Positions 22,501 to 34,323 of a stretch of DNA of 64,000 nt are shown piece by piece. The position numbers and the translations under genes are program-made. The notes below the pieces were generated by a model. The model ran no database searches. It was not told the DNA's origin and saw only the letters and a list, made by a program, of their open reading frames with translations. The first letter of the stretch is position 1. Each line of letters opens with the position of its first letter. The stretch is from Mustelus asterias (lineage: Eukaryota). The stretch is from assembly GCF_964213995.1 (NCBI RefSeq), contig NC_135808.1, positions 20,460,001 through 20,524,000 on the forward strand. The letters are read 5' to 3'.

Positions 22501-24630
22501 GAAACATAGAAACATAGAAAAACTACAGCACAAACAGGCCCTTCGGCCCTCAAGTTGTGCCGAACACATCCCTACCTTCTAGACCTACCTATAACCCTCC
22601 ATCCTATTAAGCTCCATGTACTCATCTCTTAAAAGACCCTATTGAGTTCGCCTCCACCACCACTGACAGCAGCCGATTCCACTCGCCCACCACCCTCTGT
22701 GTGAAAAACTTACCCCTAACATCTCCCCTGTACCTACCCCCCAGCACCTTAAACCTGTGTCCTCTCATAGCAGACATTTACACCCTGGGAAAAAGCCTCT
22801 GAGAGTCCACCCGATCTATGCCTCTCAATATCTTATACACCTCTATTAGGTCTCCTCTCATCCTCCGTCTCTCCAACGAGAAAAGACCGAGCTCCCTCAG
22901 CCTATCCTCATAAGGCATGCCACTCAATCCAGGCAACATCCTTGTAAATCTCCTCTGCCCCCTTTCAATCTTTTCCACATCCTTCCTACAGTGAGGCGAC
23001 CAGAACTGAGCACAGTACTCCAAGTGGGGTCTGACGAGGGTCTTATGTAGCTGCATCATTATCCCCGGACTCCTAAACTCAATCCCTCGATTGATAAAAG
23101 CCAGCACACCATACGCCTTCTTAACCATCTCCACCACCTGCGGGGCCGATTTCAGAGTCCTATGGATCCGGACCCCAAGGTCCTTCTGATCCTCTACTGT
23201 ACTAAGAGTCTTTCCCTTTATATTGTAATCCTTCATCCTATTTGACCTACCAAAATGGACCACGACGCATTTATCTGGGTTGAAGTCCATCTGCCACTTG
23301 TCCGCCCAGTCTTGCATCCTATCTATGTCCCTCTGTAACTTCTGACATCCCTGCAGACTATCCACAACCCCACCAACGTTTGTGTCGTCGGCAAATTTAC
23401 CAACCCATCCCTCTGCTTCCTCATCCAGGTCATTTATGAAAATGACAAACAGCAAGGGTCCCAGAAAAAATCCCTGGGGCACACCACTGGTGACCGACCT
23501 CCATTTAGAAAAAGACCCAGCTATCCCCACTCTCTGCCTCCTTTGGGCAAGCCAGTTCTGGATCCACCGTGCAGCAGCCCGTTGGATCCCATGCCCTCTC
23601 ACTTTTTCGAGAAGCCTTGCATGGGGGACGTTATTGAACGCCTTGCTAAAGTCCATATAAACCACATCTACCGCCTTCCCTTCGTCAATGTGTTTAGTCA
23701 CATTTTCGATGAACTCCACCAGGCTCGTAAGGCACGATCTGCCCTTGACAAAGCCATGCTGAGTATTCTTGAGCATACTAAACCTCTCTAAATGCTCATA
23801 TATCCTGTCCCTCAGGATCTTCTCCATCAGTTTACCAACCACTGAGGCTAGACTCACCGGTTGGTAATTACCTGGGCTATCCCTATTCCCCTTCTTGAAA
23901 ATAGGAACCACATCCGCAATCCTCCAATCCTCCGGCACCTCTCCCGTCTCCATCGACGATGCAAAGATTATCGCCAGAGGCTCTGCAATCTCCTCCCTCG
24001 CCTCCCACAGTAACCTGGGGTACATCCCATCCGGACCCGGCGACTTATCTATCTTGATGCCATTCAAAGATTCCAGCACAACCTCTTTCTTAAAGTCCAC
24101 ATACTCAATCCTTTCAGTCCACCGCACGCCTGCAGTACATCCACCCAGGTCCTTCTCCTCTGTGAAAACCGACGCAAAATACTCATTGAGCACCTCTGCC
24201 ATTTCTACTGGTTCCGTACAGACGTTCCCGCCTTCACCTTTTATAGGCCCTATTCCGTCACGTCTCATCCTTTTACTCTTCACATGTTTATAGAACGCCT
24301 TAGGGTTCTCCTTAATCCTACCTGCCAGAGCCTTCTCGTGACCCCTTCTGGCTTTCCTAATTTCCTTCTTTAGTCCCTTCCTCCATGCCGTATACTCTTC
24401 TAAATCCCTATCTTCGCCAAGCTCCCTGAGCCTTTTGTGCACTTTCCTTTTCTTCTCGACTAGGTCCCGCACAGCTTTCGTGCATCACGGTTCCTTTAAC
24501 CGACCAACACCTCCCTGTCTGCTCAGAACGTTGTCCTGTAGAACTCTAGACAGACATTCCTTGAAAAACTGCCACCTCTCTTCAGTACATTTCCCCGAGA
24601 ATACCTCCTTCCAATTTACTCCTCTAATTT
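22501..24630 (-). mobile_element. CR1 LINE, ~2.1 kb, with a 564-aa open ORF2 segment including the RT domain
   Basis: ORF 22778..24472 contains KSPGPDG, QHGFVKGRSC, DFSKAF, GVPQG and FADD; (gaaacata)n tail. Confidence 0.96.
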
Positions 24631-25431
24631 ATTGTCTAATAACAGTAGGTATAACTGTAATGTATTTTGGCCGAGTGCCTCAGATCTTTGGAGGGGTCTT
24701 GTAGCCCTGAATCAGAGCTATTTGACCATCCAAAGGCCTCCCAAGGCCATAGGTCAATGTTTTGTTTGTCTTGTATGACTTTCATGTTTAAATAAATTTT
24801 GGTTGCGTCTTTTTGAGACCTTGCCTTATGCGAGTTTTAAAAAAATAGAATTTAAGTTTTAAAAATCGGCCACCACCGTAATAGGAAAAAAAAACCCTAC
24901 AAAGTACAACAGGACTCTCCTCAGCAGTTTCCTTTAGTTAATTAATTAGTGTTTCAGCTTTATTCTGATTAAGATCTTGTGGTACAATTCTATGCTCAGC
25001 GAAGGCAAAAAGACTTATATGATGCTAAATACTAAAGGTCTCGGTTACAGCTGAAGCAGCATAATATATTAAGAGCCGGATTCTCAGATAACAGCTCGGA
25101 TTCTCCGACCCCGCTGCAGTGAAGGGAGATTTGGCTGAAAGCCAAGTTCGCCGCTCTCGCTGGCAGTGACAGGCGGCCACAATTCCAGTCACTGCGTGCA
25201 TAAACAAAACTAAAACTAATCATTAGACCCCGACGGGGTGCCAATAAATTGGGCTGCTTTGTCGTGGAGGTTGTCACCGCAGCTGCATTCAACAATATTC
25301 CTCAAATGAAATTTTATGCCTATAGTGGTGCAAGTATTTCAAATGATGCCTGAGGTCAAACTGTTACGATTCAGATACCCATAGTGCATGCAATTGTATA
25401 CACATATGAAGCATTGGCTGATTGGTGGAGG

Positions 25432-27945
25432 CATAGAACATAGAACATTACAGCGCAGGACAGGCCCTTCGGCCCTCGATGTTGCGCCGACCAGTGAAAC
25501 CAATCTAAAGCCCATCTAACCTACACTATTCCAATGTCATCCATATGTTTATCCAATGACCATTTAAATGCCCTGAATGTTGGCGAGTCCACTACTGCTG
25601 CAGGCAGGGCATTTCACGCCCTTACTATTCTCCGAGTGAAGACCCTACCTCTGACATCTGTCCTATATCTATCACCCCTCAATTTAAAGCTGTGTCCCCT
25701 CGTGCTAGCTGTCACCATCCGAGGAAAAAGGCTCTCACTATCCACCCTATCTAATCCTCTGATCATCTTGTGTGCCTCTATTAAGTCACCTCTTAACCTT
25801 CTTCTCGCTAACGAAAACAAGCTCAAGTCCCTCACCCTTTCCTCATAAGACCTACCCACCATACCAGGCAACATCCTAGTAAATCTCCTCTGCACCCTTT
25901 CCAATGCTTCCACATCCTTCCTATAATGCAGTGAACAGAACTGTACGCAATACTCCAAGTGCGGCCGCACCAGAGCTTTGTACAGCTGCAACATGACCTC
26001 TTGGCTCCGAAACTCAATCCCTCTACCAATAAAAGCTAACACTCCGTACGCCTTCTTAACAACCCTATCAACCTCGGTGCCAACTTTCAGGGATCTATGC
26101 ACATGGACATCGAGATCTCTCTGTTCTCTTGTAGTGGAAACTTATTCTGCTACTTGACTGTAAAAGATAGACTCTACGAAATTCGTTCTCGTCAATATAA
26201 CAAGCATTTATTTACGAATAACTGCATGCAGTATATGGCTGAAACTTGGGCTCAGAGAGCAGTTGTTACAACTGCTAATTCTTCCACAAGTCCGCAATTA
26301 CACAAAGAATCAGTTCAGTATTTATGCATAATCATTATCAGTTTTCGTGACCAGAGCATATTCAGGAATTCGATTAGTAATACAAACATTAGCAACATCA
26401 TTACATGTGGCATAACCCGGTGACCTCCGAGACCTCTTTGTCTCATCAATAATATCATTATCTTATCCTTCAAAAGAACATAATGGTTCTGTGACTCCTT
26501 CATCTCTGACCTTATCTTGTTTTGCGTATGTAGTTCCAGGGTACGTGGAGTCAGCCTTATCAAGACAGACTGAGGTCAGGCATTTGGCCTTCTCTGGTTT
26601 CATTCATGCCTTAAGACATGTGGAGTCGGCCTTTGTTGGCCTTACTGGGTCGGGCGAGGGTTAGGTATTTTCGCAATTGCTTGTTCAGTCCTTTTTTGTA
26701 CCATACCAAACAGTTAACCACTTTTCCCATCATGCCACTACTTAGCTCGTACAATATCACAGTTAATCCACACTACCAAGTATCTTACCATTAGCCCAGT
26801 ACTCTGTGATCCTGTTACTCCTTCCAAAGTGAATTACCTCACACTTTTCCGCATTGAACTCCATTTGCCACCTCTCAGCCCAGCACTGCAGCTTATCTAT
26901 GTCCCTCTGTAACCTGCAACAACCTTCTGCACTGTCCACAACTCCACCGACTTTATTGTCATCCGTAAATTTACTAACCCATCCTTCTACGCCCTCATCC
27001 AGGTCATTTATAAAAATGACAAACAGCAGTGGCCCCAAAACAGATCCTTGCCGTGCACCACTAGTAACTGAACTCCAGGATGAACATTTCCCATCAGCCA
27101 CCAAGCTCTGTCTTCTTACAGCTAGCCAATTCCTGATCCAAACCGCTAAATCACCCTCAATCCCGTGCCTCCGTATCTTCTGCAATAGCTTACCGTGGGG
27201 AACCTTATCAAATGCTTTACTGAAATCCATATACACCACATCAACTGCTTTACCCTCATCCACCTCTTTGGTCACCTTCTCAAAGAACTCAATAAGGTTT
27301 GTGAGGCACGACCTACCCTTCACAAAACCGTGCTGACTATCCCTAATCAAATTATTCCTTTCTAGATGATTATAAATCCTATCTCTTATAATCCTTTCCA
27401 ATACTTTGCCCACAACAGAAGTAAGGCTCACTGGTCTATAATTACGAGGTTTGTCTCTACTCCCCTTCTTGAACAAGGGGACAACATTTGCTATCCTCCA
27501 GTCTTCTGGCACTATTCCTGTAGACAATGAGGACATAAAGATCAAAGCCAAAGGCTCTGCAATCTCCTCCCTAGCCTCCCAGAGAATCCTAGGATAAATC
27601 CCATCCGGCCCAGGGGACTTATCTATTTTCACACTTTCCAGAATTGCTAACATCTCCTCGTTATTAACTTCAATCCCGTCTAGTCCAATAGCCTGTATCT
27701 CAGTATTCTCCTCGACAGCATTGTCTTTTTCCTGCGTGAATACTGACGAAAAACATTCATTTATCGCCTCTCCTATCTCTTCAGGCTCCACGCACAACTT
27801 CCCACTACTGTCCGTGACTGGCCCTAATCTTACCCTAGTCATTCTTTCATTCCTGACATACCAATAGAAAGCTTTAAGGTTTTCCTTGATCCTACCTGCC
27901 AAAGACTTCTCATGTCCCCTCCTGGCTCTTCTTAACTCTCTCTTT
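25432..27945 (-). mobile_element. Single CR1 LINE split by a ~630-bp insertion
   Basis: ORFs 26763..27959 and 25614..26102 are consecutive parts of ORF2 (..KILGSVD | EQRDL..MHRSLKV). Confidence 0.93.
26130..26761 (-). mobile_element. Probable solo LTR inserted in CR1
   Basis: Minus strand reads TGTGA...CTACA, 632 bp, with AATAAA at 26212-26207 and short internal repeats. The TSD is imperfect (gttc/gtta). Confidence 0.55.
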
Positions 27946-27955
27946 CGGTTATATA

Positions 27956-28255
27956 GCACGGTGGCACAGTGGTTAGCACTGCTGCCTCAAAGCACCAGGG
28001 ACCACGGTTTAATTATCGGCTTGGGTCACTGTCTGTGTGGAGTTTGCACGTTCTCCACGTGAGTGTGTGGATTTCCTCCGGGTGCTCCGGCTTCCTCCTA
28101 CAGTCTGAAAGATGTGCTGGTTAGGTACATTGGCCATGCTAAATTTTCCCTCGGTATACCCGAACAGGTACTGGAGTCTGGTGACTTGGGGATTTTCACA
28201 GCAACTTCACTGAAGTATTAATTTAACATTACTTGTGACACAAATAAAATAAAGT
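27956..28255 (+). mobile_element. HE1-type V-SINE (tail b)
   Basis: Head, V-domain and tail b are present. Confidence 0.87.
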
Positions 28256-29884
28256 AGCAGGTATCCTCTCACTTATACCTGTCACTGAGGAAACATTGGA
28301 AATGTGTATGGTAACAGCGATGACTTACACTCTCTTAAAGGGGAACACATGAGCACCGCCAACTGCAGGAGGATTTTTTCCCCCCAAATAATGAAATTGT
28401 AATTTTGACGTTTCGGCCAATTGAACATGTCATATATGGGAACCTGATTTCAGACTGCAAGTTTGATTCTTGCTCTTAACCGTTCTGTTTCTTTGAAATG
28501 TTCTTGTAAAATATGACGTTCTGTCGTTTTTTTTGCCGATGAAAATAGATCAATTTACTGGGTCGGACCGGTGGCATTTGCAATGCACTATTGCAACTCA
28601 CGTTGGGAGACCAGAAAGGTACCATTTTGTGTTGCTTGGAATCAGGGATGTAAGTAGTCGCGGTTTGAGATAAGATAATTAAGGCAACATTGTTCTACAA
28701 GTCAGTCCTAGTTCCGGCTTCAGAGAGTGACATCTTCTTTTGGAGATTTGTAGCTGGCATGTTTTCTTTCCACTGGCGAAGCAGCCACCTGATAGAGTGG
28801 GTCAGGCATAATGGAAACGGTCGAACCTCCATTAAATGCCATTATCTGTATAGGATTTTTATGTAAATGGAGGGAACAGAACTGCAGCTATCAGATCCTC
28901 AACAGGTTAAACACCATGAACTGTTTTTTTTCATTGATATGTGCAGAAGTAAAATCGGTTGGGCTCTGCAATAATTTGCTCGTTCCTTTGCAAACAGATA
29001 ATGGTCCAGATTTGGTGGTGAGTGGCCACGGAACAGCGCCGTCTGGCCTTTTAAACCCCTTTTTGTGGGCCTTTGAGCGGGAGTGGTTAGCATTGGACAT
29101 CAGAGCCGGTTGTGCGCCCTCAACAGGGAACCTGTGGAATGTGTGAGCAGGACCAGTCACAGTCAGCCGCCTCAAATAATCAGCCTGAAGAATTACCAAT
29201 GAAACAGGGAATGTCTAAAAAGACCCGGGAGATATAAATTACCAAGCACAATGAGATTTAAATTATCGACAGCAAGCAAAATACAATTTTAGGAAAGAAA
29301 AAGTGTGATTAGGGCAGAGGGAGTGAGAAAATAGACAGACAAAAACTGTATTGCTAAAAATATCCACACGAAGGCTGAGGGTTGCTCGTCGCACCATTAT
29401 TCTTAAGAAAAATATCCGGGCCATTATTCCGGAGGACTACGTCCAGTTATGTAGCACTTTAAAATGGAATAATTATTCAAAGCCCTCTGCTGAGACTTGA
29501 GGAGATTAGACTGAACATGAGATGTTGGAAGAGCTGCCCCGGAATTAAGTCAAAGAGATGGTTTTGAAGGATTGTCCAAGAGGGGTGGTCTCTGGAGTTT
29601 TAGTGGCTTTAGGAACAGAACTTAGAGCCAGATGAGTTAAGGCTGGTCGGCAATGTCCACTCGACTGATGCATGATCCACAAGCGGCCGGTCTTTGTCGC
29701 AAATGGGATAACGTGGACTCTTGTTCTCCGACGCCTGTGCTGGCGTGGCGCGCAGACTGGAGGGCATCAAGCTGTTTGCTGACAGATTCTGGCAAGCCTC
29801 AGAAAACCTCGGCAATCCAAGTTTGACAACGCAGAGACCTATCCCTGGGCACAAGTTCCAAGAAGCCATAGTCATGGGGAAATA

Positions 29885-30510
29885 GTGGTGTCGTGGTATT
29901 TTCGCTGGACTAATATTCCAGAGATGCAGAGTATTGCTCGGAGGACCCGTGTCCGAATCTTGCCCGATGGTGAAACTTTAATTCAATATGTAATAAAAAT
30001 CCGGAATGAAAAGTCTAATTATATTACAGTGCAGAAGGAGGCCATTCTGCCCATCGAGCCTGCACTGACAACAATGCCACCCAGGCTTATCCCCATAAGC
30101 CCACAAGTTTAACCTACTAATCTCCCTGACACTAAGGAGCAATTTAGCATGGCCAATCAACAAAATCTGCACATCTTTGGACAGTGGGAGAAAACCGGAT
30201 CTCTGGAGGAAACCCAAGCAGACACAAGGAGAACATGCAAACTCCACACAGATAGCGACCCGAGGCCGGAATTGAACCGGGCTTCCTGGTGCTGTGAGGC
30301 AGCAGTGCTAGCCACTGTGCCACCGTGCCGCAATAACGATGAAACCATTGTCAATTTTTGTAAAAACCCACTTGGTTCATTAATGTGCCATCCTTTCCTG
30401 GTCTGCCTTACTCCAGATTCACAGCAATGCTGACTCCACTCTACCATTCAATTCAAGGGAATGTAGATATGGGCAATATATGCTGTCCTTGTCAGCAACG
30501 CCCAGGAATA
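29885..30510 (+). mobile_element. DeuSINE split by a minus-strand HE1-type SINE (~30020-30331)
   Basis: The DeuSINE sequence ..aaagtctaat resumes as aataacgatgaaacc after the V-SINE. Confidence 0.7.
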
Positions 30511-31104
30511 GGGCGGAAGAGCCAGACCTGAATTTGACTTTTGTGCATTTCTGGGCACAGACAATTGATAAGAGACAGGGAATGATCAATGAACAAGTTG
30601 GAAGGCTGCTGTATCTGAAGAGATCATGCAATTGACCAAGGGTAAAAGACCTGTAACAGGATGCCAGGATGTGTGGGCTCCACTTCGTGGTTTAGGCAAA
30701 GAGGGTGATTTTGGGGGAATCCCGTTTCCGTAACTCTTTACCATTTTCGGTACTAATCCAGATCAACGTTATTACATATCTCGCCCCTCTTTGTAAAACA
30801 AGGCTTTCTTGTTGGTGTTCATGTCCTCAAGACTAACACACCGTTGTCATGAGGAATTAGGGCATATCCTGTACCGTTATGATTAGCTACTGGAAATGTA
30901 AATACCGTATGACCTACTGTATAACCTCACATCACCACATGCATACATACACCACTACCACCGTCCAGTTGCCGGATACACTGGCAGTCTTTAAGAACCA
31001 TACAGGTTTCTAGAAAATGCAATGTGATCATTCATTTTTATGACTAACACAATATATTGGTCTCTAAGACTGCTTCCATTGGATCCTGCAATTTACCTCA
31101 GTAA

Positions 31105-31375
31105 TGTTTTGATTTGATTTGATTTATAACCACATGTACTGGGATACAGCTGAAAGTAGTGTTTCCTACGCGCTATCCAGACCAAACATACCGCTCATGG
31201 AGTAAAGGAGAAGGATAAGGTGCAGAATATTGTGCTGCAGTTACAGGTTGGATAAAGAGAAAGACCAGCTTAATATATGATAGGACCATTCAAAAGTCTG
31301 ATGACAGCAGGGAAGACGCTGTTTTGAGTCTGTTGATCCGTGTTTTCGGACTTTTGTACTTTTTTCCTGACGGAT
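31105..31375 (-). mobile_element. Rex1/Babar-like LINE 3' end with (tttga)n tail
   Basis: Same family as ~2625-2790 and 42826-43600. Confidence 0.55.
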
Positions 31376-31754
31376 TTGTTATTAGAGCGTAGGATAGATT
31401 CTCAGTGGCAGCTCGTTCAAGTACTGAACTCGACGCAAATCTTGGTAAAACGTTTTGGTAAAACCTAATTATGCTTTGCCCTCATACACGGGCAAGGATG
31501 GTAATTATCTAACAGCTATTTGCAAATCTCCTGGAAACATGCAACTTCCGTTTAACTGCACGTGCAGAGTGTAATTGTGATAGGTTCGGCAATGTGAGAT
31601 TGTTTGGGTCGGTGGGAAACAAATTGCCGAAAAAAGGCAGCTGAGCTCATAAGTGATTTTAAATTTTATTAAGCAGTTTATTGTGTATCATCAGGAAAAA
31701 TACAATGCTAAATAGACAGGAAATCCATAAGTCTCATGAAAATGAGAGCAGTTT

Positions 31755-31938
31755 GGGCGAGTTTCTCCGACCTCCCAGCCACGTGTTTCTCACCAGCGGG
31801 AGGTGGCGACTTGTTTGCTAACGGCAGGATTCTCTGGTCCCGCCACTGTCGATGTGAATTCCCATTGACGTTACCCCACGCCCGCTGCGGGCGGGAGCAA
31901 AATGTTCCGCCGGCGTGAACGGCCCGAGAATTCTCACC
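31755..31938. mobile_element. GC-rich MITE-like repeat (related copies at ~25075-25190, 38411-38518, 38700-38810, 42026-42455, 56836-56960)
   Basis: Imperfect terminal inverted repeats of the gggc.gaattctcc ... gagaattc type recur across the window. Confidence 0.5.
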
Positions 31939-32421
31939 TCTATCTCTTTCTTTGGCTGGTAAGAAGGAGCGGAAGCTGGAAGAGAGGGATGGGGAGTGGG
32001 GGCGGGGGGGCGGGGGGGGCGTGGGGGGACATACAAAACAACTTTGCCCTGGGATTTCGCAATTCTATGACTGTAGATTTTGAGGGTTATTAGAACTGGG
32101 GTAGCATACGGGCCGAGTTCCTTATAACAGACAGTTGAATGGTGCATAGTTTTGTCCATAGTGAGAAGGTTTCAGATCACTCCTAATTTTGAATTTATTT
32201 ATTTCATATTTGGCTTACGTAGAGTTCAGATGGTTTACACTGTTAAATAACATATTCTTTCACTATAACTGCGAGTTGGATTTCTTACCTGTGTGCACTA
32301 TGCAGAGACATCCTAAATATGTGAGAATATTTCAATAGATTACCGGTTCTATGGAATTTGTAGAACTTGATGGAAGCAAAATATTGAATCCTTCCTCAGA
32401 TGTTTCGAATGGTATTTTCAT

Positions 32422-32700
32422 AAAATCCCTACGGTGCAGAAGGAGGTCATTCGGCCCATTGAGTCTGCGCCGACTAGTACCCAGGCTTACCTCAACCCCG
32501 CTAAGCTAAGGGGCAATTTAGCATGGCCAATCAACCTAATCTGCACGTTTTTGTAGTGTGTGAGGAAACTGGAGCACGCGGAGGAAACCGACGCAGACAT
32601 GGGGAAAACGTGCAAAATCCACACGGTCACCCAAGGCTGGAATCCAGCCCAGGTCCCTGGCCGTGGGAGGCAGCAGTGCTAACCACTGTGCCACCATGAT
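32422..32700 (-). mobile_element. HE1-type V-SINE (tail a)
   Basis: Flanked by a repeated gtattttca; absent from the paralogous flank of gene A (~4670). Confidence 0.85.
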
Positions 32701-32814
32701 TTGCGATTATTGTATTTTCACATATAATAATCTCAAATCCATGCTCGCCATAGCCTTCCCATGTCATAAGAACAGCAGCTGAAAATTTGAAGAGTCCTAA
32801 GAATTCATCTGGTC

Positions 32815-33590
32815 CACGAGTGGGAGAGACTAGAATTTGAGAGCAGAACCTCAGAGTGAAGCGAAGCTCCTTTAAAGCAGAGATGAGGGGGAATTTCTTC
32901 AGCCAAAGGTGGTGAATCTGTGGAACTCATTGCCACAGAAGGCTGTGGAGGTCAGGTGGTTGAGTGTCTTTAAGACAGAGATAGATATGTTCTTGATCAC
33001 TAACGGGATCAAGGGTTACGGGGAGAAGGCAGGAGAATGGGGGTGGGAATCATATCAGCCATGGTTGAATGGTGGAGCAGCCTCGATGGGCTGAATGGCC
33101 TAATTCTGCTCCTATACCTTATGGTCTTGTGCTCTTATGAGGATCTGGATAAGTGCTGCTCCAGGAACACTCAGGAAACTGTACAGTATCCAAGACAAAA
33201 CAGCCTGCTTGATTGGCAACCCATCCACCGCCAGCAAGCAGTGGCAGCCGTGCATGCCATCTACAAGATGCATTGTATGAAGCCTCGAAGGTTCTTTAGG
33301 TAGCACCTTCCAAACCTATGACTGCCAACATCTAATAGGCAGCAGACAGATGGGAAAACCATCAGTTGGAAGGTCCCAAGTCTTGACTTGGAAATATGTT
33401 TCCATTAATTTACTGTCGCTGGGTCAAAATCCTGGAACTCACCCCCTAGCAGCACTGTGCGTGCGTCCACAACACAGGGACTGCAGCAGTTCAAGAAGGC
33501 AGCTCACCACTACCTCCTCAAGAGCAATTAGGATGTTGAATAAATGTTGCCCTAGCCAGCAACGCCCACACCCCGCCAATCATGGAAGTT
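32815..33590 (+). mobile_element. CR1 3' end (32815-33135) followed by a second-family LINE 3' end
   Basis: ORF 32909..33094 contains VNLWNSLPQKAVE; a match to ~8080-8560 follows. Confidence 0.75.
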
Positions 33591-34275
33591 AAATAGCAAT
33601 AAAGTTATTCTTGAAATGGATGGACGAGGGTGATGCAGAAGTGATTGGGTAGAAATCAAAATGCCAAACATTCTCTTGGGATTTGGGTCCAGATCTCACC
33701 ACAACAACTAGAGAAATTTTAATTCAATTATAACCTGTAATTGAAAGCTCGCCTGAGTTTCACCTTCACCGTTATTATCCTTGATTGTCGCAGTACCGAA
33801 TATGCTTCATCAATGCCATTTGGAGAGCAAAATCTACATCTGTCCTACGTAAAAGTCAAGTAAAATTAAAGTTAAGTTTATTTATTAGTCACAAGTAGGA
33901 TTGCATTAACACTGTGAAAATTCCCTACTCGCCACACTCCAGCAGCTGTTCGGGTACACTGAGGGTGAATTTAGCATGGCCAATTCAGCTAGCCTGCGCA
34001 TCTTTGAACTGGACTCTCGACCCAGGACAATAGGGTTGACTCTTAATTGCCCACGAAATAGCCTTGCAATCCTTTCAGTACAAGAACAAGTAGGGATGGG
34101 TAACAAATGCAGACCTTGCCAATGACACATACATTCCATCAAAGCATTAAAAAATAGATAAGTTCAGTTCGATGTCTCCATGATGTGTGATAACGTATAA
34201 AGTTGGAGAGTGATGCGGTAAATGGTTTCAAGATCACCTCCTAATTCCAGAGAAGCGTACACCATCTTGTCTTCA

Positions 34276-34323
34276 CTACACTTCATTGATTTTCAATGAA
34301 CAGTATTGTGCAGTTTCATTTGC
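34276..34323 (-). CDS. Gene B terminal exon (ANETAQYCSLKINEV*), ITIM-like AQYCSL
   Basis: Acceptor tttctgctcaaacag|G, TAG at 34278-34276; homologous to gene A 6117-6064. Confidence 0.8.
   Translation of the reverse strand, partial: ANETAQYCSLKINEV

Noticed and set aside
22778-24472. 564-aa reverse transcriptase ORF as a host gene or autonomous element
   Set aside because: It is a 5'-truncated CR1 with no endonuclease or ORF1, one of many similar copies.
29609-29875. ORF beginning MTMASWN, reminiscent of an APE endonuclease start
   Set aside because: No further endonuclease motifs follow, so it cannot be supported.
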